Assembly (NCBI GenBank): GCA_021613535.1
Contig: CP075492.1
Coordinates: 2,480,001-2,544,000, forward strand
Direction: 5' to 3'
From: Adineta vaga
Taxonomy: Eukaryota; Animalia; Rotifera
Length of the DNA: 64,000 nucleotides
Of the stretch, positions 1 to 10,783 are shown piece after piece. Below the pieces are notes generated by a model. The model saw only the letters and a list, made by a program, of their open reading frames with translations. It searched no databases and was not told where the DNA came from. The first letter of the stretch is position 1. Each line of letters begins with the position of its first letter. A program made the position numbers and the translations under genes.

Positions 1-740
1 CTCTAATGCAGTTTTTCCTTCTTGATTGATATAATCTGGATGTAATTGAATTGTATTCAAAAATATGTTAAAGATAATCCTTGCAATTAACAATTGTGAA
101 TTGGAAATTGTTTGAAAAAGAAGATGTAAAGGTGTATTTCCTTTTCTATCAACTGCATTGACATCAAAATCTCAATCGATCAATAATTGAATAGTTTTAG
201 GACAAAGAAAACTACAAAGAAAAATAAAAAGAAGATTTTCTTATTATTCATGTAATACTTACCGGATTTCAAGTTGCGATATATTTATATTAACACGTGA
301 ATCACAACACAAATGTAAAAGTGTATAATGAGAAAATTTCGTATGAATATTCAATTGATTTATCCATCGAATCAATTTATATAATTGTTGTTGTTCATTT
401 TGTTGAAAATTAATCTAGAAAAGAAATCAATCATTATGTAATCTTATTCTATTCTTGATATTACCTTTGTAGAAATATAAAGTAAATATAAAATATTTGT
501 TATAAAACGATCACATGCTATTTTAATAATTCGAGTTTCTGATTCAGTTAACTTTTGATATAAACATCGAAATTGATTAATTGACAATTGAAAACTTTCT
601 GAAAATATTCTTGTTGGAATTTTCAGAGATTTCAATAATAACATTCCTAAAACAATTTCACCGAGATCTCGCATAATATTAGAAATGTAGAACATTCTTT
701 TTTTATGATCTTGAACTAGGTTAATTGTTTTCATGTGCAT
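1..740 (-). pseudogene. Fem-1-like ankyrin-repeat gene, partial and probably decayed
   Basis: Exons ~414-263 and 211-1 (GT..AG intron 262-212) splice to LLHLCCDSRVNINISQLEIRFLCPKTIQLLID*DFDVNAVDRKGNTPLHLL, resembling the Fem-1 C-terminal ankyrin region. In-frame TGA at 174-172. Runs off the window edge. Confidence 0.6.
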
Positions 741-960
741 CGTAGAATGTTGTACTCAACTGTGCAGAGGTCGCTATTTCATTGTTGAGTTAGAAGAAAT
801 ACAACAATCATCTTTTCCAAATGCATATGGGTAAGACATTGCTATATAATTAGATATCACTGGAATAAAAAGTCACGCAAGCGCACGAGTTCTGTTACTG
901 CAACACCTGCAGAAGTAAACTTGTAAATGACATTTTTGGTATGAATGAATACTTCACACA

Positions 961-1443
961 TTGAATTCAAGATTAGTAAATATTCATTTACAGAAAACAG
1001 GCATATTTCATGCAATTATTGGTATAACATATAATTTAGTATTAGATGGTTATCAAATTGATTTCGATCGTTATTCAAATTCATCATGTAAATTTATAAC
1101 TTATATTTTCAATTTTTGTCCATTTTTATCTGTATATATGTTAGTATTTGCTTCAATAGATCGAATTTTTTCAAGTTTATTAATTTTTATAATTGGAAGT
1201 GCAATATCATTTGATTTAATTGATAACGATGTTCTTCATCAATGTACAAGTTATTCAGCGAGTCGATTTAATCAAATATATCTTATTTTAGAAGTGACTG
1301 TTTATGTAATTATTGCACCTTGTTTAATGATTCTATTTGGTTTATTAACAATTTATAATATACATCAATCCAATCGAAATCATACAACTACTTTTCAATA
1401 TCGTCCAAATGAAAAACAATTAGGACGAATGGTTCTTATTCAA
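961..1443 (+). pseudogene. Rhodopsin-like GPCR fragment
   Basis: CKFITY..., LVFASIDR (TM3 DRY-like), IIAPCLMILFGLLTIYNI (TM5), QLGRMVLIQ (TM6 start). TM4 region is shortened, there is no ATG start, and similarity ends abruptly near 1443. Confidence 0.6.
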
Positions 1444-2278
1444 GGAGGTATGTTCAGATTTCCAAAAATACCTACCGACACTATATACGACTAAACTTCC
1501 ATGTGTAAAATGTACAATCGACTACCTTATAAAGAAATTTTGGAAAGTTCCTGATATACATTTCAATCAAAACACATTCCGAAGAGAGAAGAACATGAGC
1601 GATAAACTGGAAATTTTCATCTACTGTCATCCTTTTTCTTCGTTATTAATTATAGGAAAAAAAAGGGTGCGAGAAATTTATCACCTGGAGATAATTACAT
1701 ATTCGAGCCATATTATGAGGATGTGGGCTCTTCCATTACATATTTATGACATTAACTGTAAGTTGAGAAAATTTGTTCATTAAAATATCTACTCTACTTA
1801 CATTCATTGTACGTGCGATAAGATGAATAAGAAAAAAAACTCTTTAATTAACATTATTGGTAGCTAAACTTCTCCCTGATATAACGCAGATGAACTGTTT
1901 TTTAATAATAATTATTGCAAATATTTTTCATGACTTTTCTAAAACCTACCTACTCCTTCAATTAAGTTATTTGAAAAGTAATGCATTCCTACATCGTACA
2001 TTCCGAAATTAATATTTATTGGTTTAATCTTTTTTTTGTTAAGAAGAAAAATTGATTGGAAATGAGGAATTAATCGGCATAAATTATGTTATTGGATTGT
2101 ATATGAAATAAAAATTACAGATAAAAAAGAAAACAAAATCATAAATCGTTGTCTTATTATGTATATTACGAAAATGGAGAGAGAAAAAAAATAGCAGTGT
2201 TCATTGTTCCATTAGTAATTTGCATTTTGTTGTTTTTTCTTCAAGTTAAGTCATTTCTTTTTTGCAATCTTGGTGATA

Positions 2279-3380
2279 ATGTTTGATAGGAAAAGTTTTT
2301 TTTCGTTACTGCTTTTTACTGTTATTAAACAATCACTCGCACAAGATATGCGATCATTTCAAATGATTCGAAAATCTGGTTTTCAATTTCAATGTGTTAA
2401 TACAACTTGTTTACCATTTACAATCATCCAAGTATCAAAAATTTATCAATGTCAATCAGCTTGTTTAGCTCAAATTTATTGTAAAGCAGTTAGTTTTCAT
2501 CAACCAACTTTATATTGTCGATTATTTGACAGTATATTAAATCAAAATATCAATTTACTTGTTGCTGATATTGAAACTGTGACAATGATTACGAAAACTG
2601 AGTCACGTATTCCACCTGGTTAGTATCAACAAAAAATACTTTTACACATAAATTATTAATCTGATAGAAATATAATGTTGTATGTAACTGAAATTTAAGT
2701 AGTATAGGATAGAAAAAAGATACTTAAAATGAAGAAACTTACAGAATTTTATTGTCATATTCATGTATATTAGAGCCGACTACAACATCAACAACAACTA
2801 CATCAACATCGACATCAACAACAACTACATCAACATCAACATCAACATCAACAACAACCTCATCAACATCAACAACAACTTCATCAACATCGACAACAAC
2901 AACAACCTCATCAACATCAACAACAACTTCATCAACATCGACAACAACAACAACCTCATCAACATCAACAACAACAACCGGTCCAAGTTAGTAATTTTTA
3001 TGTTATTTATTCCGTATTTTTCCAAAATCAATATTCCTTAAATAAATATTCCATGTTATCAACGATTTTTAGGTACAACAATCATCATAACAGATCCAGG
3101 AAATCTCGGTGGTTATCGTGGCAATAATGGTCAAGTTTATAAATTTTCTATTACAGGTACTTGTAGTGGTAGTGTATGGGGTACAAGTATTTACACGGAT
3201 GATTCGTATCTTTCTACGGCTGCGGTTCACGCTGGTTATGCTCAATGTGGTGTAGCAACTATAGTCAGTGTTCAAGTTTTACCTGGTCAAAGTAGTTATA
3301 CGGGTAGTACACAATATGGAATCACATCGTACTCCTATGGTTCTTTCAGTGGAAGTTACAGTTTTGTCAATACTGGATAA
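2279..3380 (+). CDS. Secreted PAN/Apple - Ser/Thr stalk - LCCL domain protein (3 exons)
   Basis: Exons 2279-2618, 2774-2986 and 3073-3380 join in frame via GT-AG introns. Signal peptide; PAN pattern CQSACLAQIYCKAVSF..C.LF; LCCL motif VWGTSIYTDDSYLSTAAVHAG..PGQSSYTGS; AATAAA near 3419. Confidence 0.85.
2780..2978 (+). repeat. ACA/TCA coding microsatellite (Ser/Thr linker)
   Basis: Tandem acatcaacaaca-type triplets encoding TTTSTTTTSTS... Confidence 0.9.
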
Positions 3381-3434
3381 GACACAATATGCTATTTCAC
3401 ACATTTTTCGATGATGTTAATAAAAATAAACTGA

Positions 3435-3499
3435 TAGAGTGTTGGTGTGGGTAGGATTGATGAATAAATATACAACACCCACACCCACACCCATCCAGG
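3435..3499. repeat. Telomere-like palindromic element, copy 1
   Basis: gtgttggtgtgggtagg...acacccacacccacaccc, between the convergent 3' ends of the LCCL and ART genes. Confidence 0.75.
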
Positions 3500-3673
3500 T
3501 TAATTTGAAATTCGTCTTCGACAAAGCGTTTGTATTAGCAAACAAATATCAATTAATAAAATAAAACTCATTACATCAAAGATTTTATTTGCTGAAACGA
3601 GGATGTTGATATGAGTGTAGTTATTCTAATGGTTTAATACTCATTTCTACCCACACCTATTACTTTTATTCTA

Positions 3674-4924
3674 TTATTTTGACTTTTTTTCTAACTGACG
3701 AATTGTGAGAGGGAAAATGAATTCGAGTACTGAAGAGCAAGTTCTAGAGAGATATCGAATAAATCGTCGATGTATTGGCTGATGTGCTGTTGAAGTATAC
3801 TTTTTGATACTTTTGCTCATTTGGATTGTTGCTACTGTCGCCACCGCCACTTCCTTAAGTTTTATACTTGCCGGCAATGTTTTCATTGATTTACCGAAAA
3901 AAGAAGCGATTGTTTTAACTTCAAATTCACTGTCGTCGTCGTCGTCATCGTCAGAATCAGGAAATACTTTGTTGCCGAGAGACTTGAATCCATCTACCAT
4001 AAGAAATAAAAGCCATCTTGTCATTTGTTTCTGTATTTTATTATACACCTTCTGTTGTTCATGATCAGATAGACAAAAGTTTTTTCGTATGTTAAAATCA
4101 GGTTCATTTTTTGGTACTGCAACAAGTTTGACATTCCATGTTCGTTTTGATTCGTTATAAAAAATATTCGTAATTCTAAACAGAGTACTCATGTCAAAAA
4201 GAATCTCGCTCTCATCAGTAATAGCAGTGTGAGAAGCTGTATCAACAAATATTGGTCCGTGTGGGTTTCGTGTATCCATAACAGTAATGTGAAATAAAAC
4301 AGATACAAGATCTGAATCAGCTGGTAATGTCTCACTAGCAGCAAAAGCTTCTGCTACATCAACATGACGACTTGTTGATAAAAAACTACTTTCAGCTGTG
4401 AGAGTTCCAACACCATAGGATCGAAGTTTGTCAAATATAACTGATGTCATTGTCGTTCCTCGATAAAGATTCAAAGGTGAAACGAATAGAGAGCGTTGCT
4501 CTTCCCATTTTTGCCGTAAACCATGAGACAGATCAATAATATACCATCGAAAAATATACATGTCTTCCATTGTATTTGTTCTTAACGCTGTATTAACGAG
4601 ATTATAAATGAATGTTGGACGTGTGTACCAATGAATAGCATTATTAACTGTGTATTCATTTTCAAACTGATCAATCTGTTCTAGCATTCGTTCATTATCA
4701 TGATAACGTTGTCGACAATGACCGAGCATCAACTTTTTCGCGTGTGCTGTAGTTGGAATGTCATCGAGTGTATTACGAAATGTTTGAAACCAAAGAAAAT
4801 CAGACAAATCATCGGAAAGATACCGTGTATATTGAAGTTCTTCCTTGTAAAACGTGAGAAAGTCCGTAGTATCATTATAGCGGAAGTCATCTTCGTCATT
4901 ACAACAAGCCAAAATGTGCTGCAT
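3674..4924 (-). CDS. NAD:arginine ADP-ribosyltransferase (ART, R-S-E class)
   Basis: 416-aa ORF with AIHWYT, LYRG (R), SFLSTS (S) and DESEILF (E-x-E) motifs. Confidence 0.85.
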   Translation of the reverse strand: MQHILACCNDEDDFRYNDTTDFLTFYKEELQYTRYLSDDLSDFLWFQTFRNTLDDIPTTAHAKKLMLGHCRQRYHDNERMLEQIDQFENEYTVNNAIHWYTRPTFIYNLVNTALRTNTMEDMYIFRWYIIDLSHGLRQKWEEQRSLFVSPLNLYRGTTMTSVIFDKLRSYGVGTLTAESSFLSTSRHVDVAEAFAASETLPADSDLVSVLFHITVMDTRNPHGPIFVDTASHTAITDESEILFDMSTLFRITNIFYNESKRTWNVKLVAVPKNEPDFNIRKNFCLSDHEQQKVYNKIQKQMTRWLLFLMVDGFKSLGNKVFPDSDDDDDDDSEFEVKTIASFFGKSMKTLPASIKLKEVAVATVATIQMSKSIKKYTSTAHQPIHRRFIRYLSRTCSSVLEFIFPLTIRQLEKKSK

Positions 4925-5107
4925 ACGCTATCGATATAATATGAATATACATTTACATTCACCTTTCATGTTATTTTAATGTAAAGCGTCACGCATGAAT
5001 TAATAATATATTGACGCATATAAACATGCTTAGTAGGTTTTTTCCGACATTGAAATTTTATTGCTTCTATTGAAACAAATCGATTATCTTGATCGATTGA
5101 TCTTTTT

Positions 5108-5994
5108 ATGGATACCTTCAATTTTGCTAACGATGTAACGAACACAAAAGAATCTATATCATTATTTTATAAACCGATAACTATTATAATTGACATAATC
5201 CGGTTTATCAGTCGATGTTGGATCACTGTTGTGTTACCAATATGTCAACTAGTAATTGGCATCATATTTGTACATCAATGTCCGATACAGAGATTCATTC
5301 CAATCTATTTACTTGTTTCAGGCTCAGCATCATCTATATTCTTATTGGTGGCGCTTTTACAAGTAAATAAAAAAGATATGTTTATGATACATTACAATTA
5401 TTTTCCTCTTTTAGAAATTAGTGAGTTATATTGCTATAAAACGAAATACCGTACGTTCTATTGTATGTTGCATTTCAACATATTGTGCAAGTACTTGTTG
5501 TTTAACGTTAATAATAATACCTTACCTTCAGTTCTCTTTTATTTGGTTTCTTGCTGTATGTAGCATTTTTTGATTGTATTGATATGAATATATTTGCTTT
5601 CTAGGGTAATGTTTGGGTATATCAAGTTCAGTCGCGTGTTCAATACAATCATCCTAATATGACTGAGACTTATTGTCAACAGAATTTATACCAATTTTCC
5701 TATCTAAGTATAATTTTAAGTTGGATTTTTTATTTCATATGGATAACTATTGAATGTTGCCTGCAATATCCAGATCTGCAATATTTCTGTTGTCCAATAC
5801 TTGTTGATAAAAATTTAATTGATGGATCTTCATCTGATTCAGAAATTTCACTAGAACAGCAATCTTCATCATCGATCCTGCTACAAACAGTATCGAATTC
5901 GTTGCCGTCGACTGACGTTGAACAAACAATACCGCATTCACCAAGATCTGCTTCAGAAATTAATAGTCCGCCAGAAGTAATCAATGTTATATAA
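5108..5994 (+). CDS. TMEM272-like multi-pass membrane protein (spliced)
   Basis: IGIIFVHQCPIQRFIPIYLLVSG, then GNVWVY (exon from ~5605) and YCQQNLYQFS. Two short introns, near 5363-5414 and ending at 5604; internal boundaries approximate. Confidence 0.7.
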
Positions 5995-6253
5995 TCACCA
6001 GTGATAATTCAGAAATTTTGATTTGTATTTTCGTTGTTCTTATATCACAAAATTTATATTTATACAAGATTTTTGTTTAAATTTTGTTTTCTAATCTAAC
6101 ATACAAAAGTGCTTACATTGTAATAAAATATAAGGTGACATAATTCAAGTATTAAATCTATATTATATTCTGTTTCTAATGTTCTCAAAGAGTGAGTACA
6201 TTAATAAAATCGACTAGTGTGGCCGTCCGGTCGACTGTTTACACAATAACTTT

Positions 6254-6306
6254 CGGGTGTGGGTGAGAATGTTTCTCTTATCTTGAAACACTCTCATCCG
6301 CACTCG
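6254..6306. repeat. Telomere-like palindromic element, copy 2
   Basis: cgggtgtgggtgagaatgtttc-9 nt-gaaacactctcatccgcactcg; 18 of 22 arm positions are Watson-Crick complementary. Confidence 0.8.
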
Positions 6307-6735
6307 GTTTTCATTTCTTTGTATTAGTATAAATTTTTCTCTTTTTCCAAAGTCTTCTTTCTTCTAAGCGAGACACGCCAGCGATTATATTATTTTCACA
6401 TCTCGTTCTTTTTTACTTTTCTTCATTTTTTGTCTTGTTACTTCTCTCACAGGAGAAGTGTAAGCGATTATTTATTTTTCTTCTTCTGTTCTTTTCTTCC
6501 TTTTTTTGTCTTGTTGTTTCTTTCACGGCAGAAATGTACGCGATTTTATTATATATATATATATATTTGCATCTCGTTCTTTCACTCTTCTTATTTCATT
6601 TTTGTACTCTCTGGGTTAATTATCAAAATGAAGTCTTTTGATCGAGACGAAATCTGAATCATGGTAGACTGCCGCATAATCTTATTATTTAATTTTAGAA
6701 GTTTGATTTCTAACGTCGAACTTGCCTTAGGCAAG

Positions 6736-6783
6736 ATCTTGGACGTGAGGATATCTCTTACACTTCTACACTCTAACCCTCAG
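6736..6783. repeat. Degenerate palindromic element, copy 3
   Basis: atcttggacgtgagg atatctctta...acactctaaccctcag, upstream of the E2-fusion ATG. Confidence 0.5.
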
Positions 6784-6833
6784 TACTTTTCATAATTTTA
6801 GATTAAACGGCAAGTTCTTCTTGTTTGAAGCTA

Positions 6834-9693
6834 TGTCGGAAATTATTAAAGTCAAATTTAATGGAAAGACAAAACGTTTTCGATATCCAAAGACGCCAAT
6901 CAAAGACTTTCTAGATAACTGGCGCACCGAGTTTAATATACCGGAAAACGCAATATTAAGCTTATATGATGGAGATGAAGAACTGTCGATTTCATCAACC
7001 CTAAAAGATCTTGGTATTGCAAATGCTTCTGAATTGATTTTATTATCCGCTAATGAGAATAAGGATTTTATCGTGAAACTTCAAACAGTATCAGGACAAA
7101 TGTTTGAATTTCGTTTCAATAATCATGCTACTTTAAAAGATCTATATTCTGCCATTCAAACAAAAGCTGATTTCACAACAACATACCCTCTTTTGTTCAA
7201 TCATCGTATGCATCTTTTTCAATCGCCCAAAATTTTGACAGAACCACTAGTGAACTTCTTAAGCTTAACAACCATTACTAATGAAAACATTCCACATTTT
7301 TACATGTGCGAATGCGATCGCACGTTTGAAACACGTATGTATAAGTATAATAAACATCTCAAGAACATATTTGTTCAAAATGATCTATGGCAACCTAGAT
7401 CTCAACGACAAAGTGATATGGCCATGATGATTTACCTAAATACCATGTATGCTTTAATAAGAGTGTTCTTAACTGAGAAAGATGTCAATTTCGACAGTGT
7501 CCATAATGTTTACATGCCACAATTTCTCATAGTACTACGACGATTTCTCTTTCCACCAGCTTGTCTTGCATTTCAACATGCTATGGAAGGTGCTTTATTT
7601 AATTTCGAAAAGCCTGTCCTAAGTGAAGCATTCTTTCATTTGTTTCGAAATCTGTTACCAATACGTATTCCTGATTCTGAGCTATTCTCCTATACACCGT
7701 TTGTTTTCTGTTGGATATTTTGTAATGGCGATCTTAATTCAGTGCAAAGTGCGTGCTATGAAAGTGCTCCTCTGACCGCATGCACTAATACTACAGATCA
7801 TGCAGGCAATACAAGAAAATCAACATCATTCAAGTATTTTGTAGAACCCGTTCGATTACTCAATGGTAAAGTCGTTGCTGGAGCTCATGACCGTTTTGTT
7901 TTGTGGGAATATGCTAAAGCGCAAGCTGACTCAAGGTTAACAGAAAATGATTACCAAAGACAAGCAGATCTTGTTGGGTTATTGATGACTTTGGAACATC
8001 TAACAACGATTCAAAAAAATGACGAACAATCATCATCCTCAAATCTATTCGAAATGTATTCAACTGATTATACACTGTGGGTACCTGATGCAAATACTGA
8101 TTTATTATCTGTTGGTAATGTTTCTGAACAAAAAAATAATTTGAAATGTTTCTCTGACCAAGATATATTAGAAATCAAACGACATTTATCCACAAATGAT
8201 TTGTTTAGTATATTTACATTTGCTGATCCATCGATGTTATCCAAATATAATCATGCACAATTTGCTCTATTAAATTCTGACAAAATTGTTTATATTCTGA
8301 GTACTGCTAAAGGTAGTACCGATTCATATCTTTGCTTCGATCCGCAACAGCAAGATGATATGTTTTGTAAAACTGACGCTGCTGCAAAGGAAGTTCTTGC
8401 ACAATATCCTCACGTTGTTGTTAGAGAAAATTCGGCTGATATCAGAAAAATAGAACAAATTACTTGTGTACTTTTTGATATCAGTGGTTCTATGCATGTC
8501 ATGGTAGGTAGTGAAGATAACAAACACAGCTTATTAGAATTGAGTACGATGGCTTTCGGTGCTTGGCGTGATCGTCTGGTATCTACAGGCTAGCACATGC
8601 CATCGGTTTGATTTATTTTGGTGCTGACGATGAAATGAATCCTATGCATTTTTTTCTCCGCCGAAACTTGGATGATCGAGTTGTTATACAGTGTGACATC
8701 ACACGAGACTTTACACAGTTTGACAAAGCATTAGAAAATCGACCTGCCTGTGGTGACGATACCCCCTTGTATGATGCTATCGATATTGCTATACAAAAAA
8801 TTCGATCATTTCGTGAAAATCATCAAAGCAGACTTAGTCCAATGTGTAAGGACTTCATACTCTGTTTAACCGATGGAGTTGATACTTGTAGTCAAGCTTC
8901 GCAAACGGATGTTCTACAAAAGTTAGTAACAAACAATATTATTTTTGATACTGTTAGTTTCGATACAAAACCTAACGATGTCTTAATAGACTTCTGTGAA
9001 AAAACCAAGGGCTATTATTATGTTGAACTTCAGCATAATCAAGCATCTTTATTGAATTTATTTGAGTTGGAAGCAACTATATCCGTTCAAGATCGAGAAG
9101 AAAATGTTCATGGTAAAGTCAAACAACCTCAACGTCGACAATCACAATTCTTAGATAAACCAGCTATTGGATCAAAACAAGCAAAAATAAGTGATGGACG
9201 CGCATCAAATATACCATTGAGACGAATTATGCTTGAAATTAACAATTTAAATAAAGTCGAATTGAAAAATTTCGATCTATTCATTTCCAAAGAAAATCTT
9301 TTCTTTTGGAAAGTGATTATGGAAGGTGAAACGGGCACACCATATGCAGATGGTCGTTGGTTACTATTCATAGAATTTCCATCAACCTATCCACAACAGC
9401 CACCTGAAGTTCGATTTATAACTAAAATTTATCACTGTAACATAAACGATGATGGAAAAATTTGTCATGATATATTAAATACAGCTTGGTCACAGAAAAC
9501 ATCGATGTATAATGTTTTCATGGAGATATTACGGTTGTTGAGAGAACCCAATGCTGATGATGCTTTATCATCAGTTAAAGGTGCTCAATGTAAAGAATCA
9601 AGAGACAATTATGATAATACAATCATAGAATGGAAATATTTATACGCAAATTTATCTGTTGAAGAGTTGAAGACTCGATATTCACTTGAATAA
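6834..9693 (+). CDS. Ubiquitin-like + VWA + ubiquitin-conjugating (E2) fusion protein, split by a 1-nt frameshift
   Basis: N-terminal ubiquitin-like segments; MIDAS DISGSM and LTDG; E2 core PPEVRFITKIYHCNINDDGKICHDIL with the catalytic Cys. ORFs 6821-8593 and 8608-9693 join if one T is restored at ~8584 (VS-YRLAHAIGLIYFG). Confidence 0.8.
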
Positions 9694-9742
9694 AAAATTA
9701 ATGAAAATAAAAAGAATTTCTTAAGAATTTAGGTGACTAAAA

Positions 9743-9817
9743 GTGAGCGTGTGGATATGAATAGTTGGGTGGGTGTGTATGTTTTAGATAGATTTAGTAC
9801 CCACATCCACATTCAAA
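9743..9817. repeat. Telomere-like palindromic element, copy 4
   Basis: gtgagcgtgtgg..ttgggtgggtgtgta...tacccacatccacattcaaa, 50 bp after the E2 stop codon. Confidence 0.65.
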
Positions 9818-10783
9818 TAATAAATTTTAATATTGATTTCATATCTAATCATTCAATATTCGAAGAATATGAATTCGCTGTCTATGATGTAAAATTTCTT
9901 TATTTACCAATTTCTTGTTGCTACTAAAAATCTTTTCCTATTAATGTCATGAAAATTTTCAAGGAAGAAAAAATATCTCACTAACAAATATCTATACTTA
10001 AACAATTACTTGTTTTGCTTGTATTATCAAAATAAAATTGTAGATTTGTATGATTGAAGTATTCACACTTACTATCTCTTTCTTTTCTTGGGAAAAAAAA
10101 AATAATCGTATAGATTCACATCTACGAGAATGAAAGAAAAAAAGACATTATAGCATCTCAATTGTTTTTCTATCGGAATAATGTAGAAACCGATTGGGAT
10201 CTATGAACACTACATATTAATACACAAGGCAGTGGAATTGCATAGAAATATAGAAATAAATCTTCTTTTGAGTTTTTCTTTATAAGATATTCATGAAATC
10301 GAACAACTAAGCGAATATATGTGTGATTGGTGTTGAAAGAAAAACAATTATCTATTGTAATTCGGGATTATTAAGGTCTTATTTTGCTCTATATTTCAAG
10401 AAGATGTAACCTATTTATTTCACTTTCTTGCCTGAAAGTAAATAAGTAGGTAAAGTAGAACAAATTCATGTGAATTAGGTTAAAACATATATGAAATGAA
10501 AGAAAATTATTTTACTTCAAAATTGAAAAGTTTCTTAATACCTTGTATATATATATATACATATATTGAAAATAATGAAATAAATAGAAAAATATTTGTT
10601 ATGAATTAAAGAAAAATACATAATAAATTTACATTATTTTGTGAGTATATTAAGTCTGCTATGTAAAGATAAGTATATCAAAGGTTGATGTTAAAAATAA
10701 TATCACTTATCTTTGTTTTATTCTTTAGGAAGCAGCATATATATATATATATATACATATCATTTCTATGTAAAACGCATAAA

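Noticed and set aside
2763-3041. Asn/Ile-rich and Leu/Met-rich ORFs
   Set aside because: Alternative frames of the ACA/TCA microsatellite.
6721-6735. Perfect 7-1-7 palindrome CTTGCCT-T-AGGCAAG
   Set aside because: Single short occurrence, compatible with chance.
8579-8588. 10-nt GT..AG micro-intron repairing the E2-fusion frameshift
   Set aside because: Removing it gives the wrong frame, and it is too short to splice.
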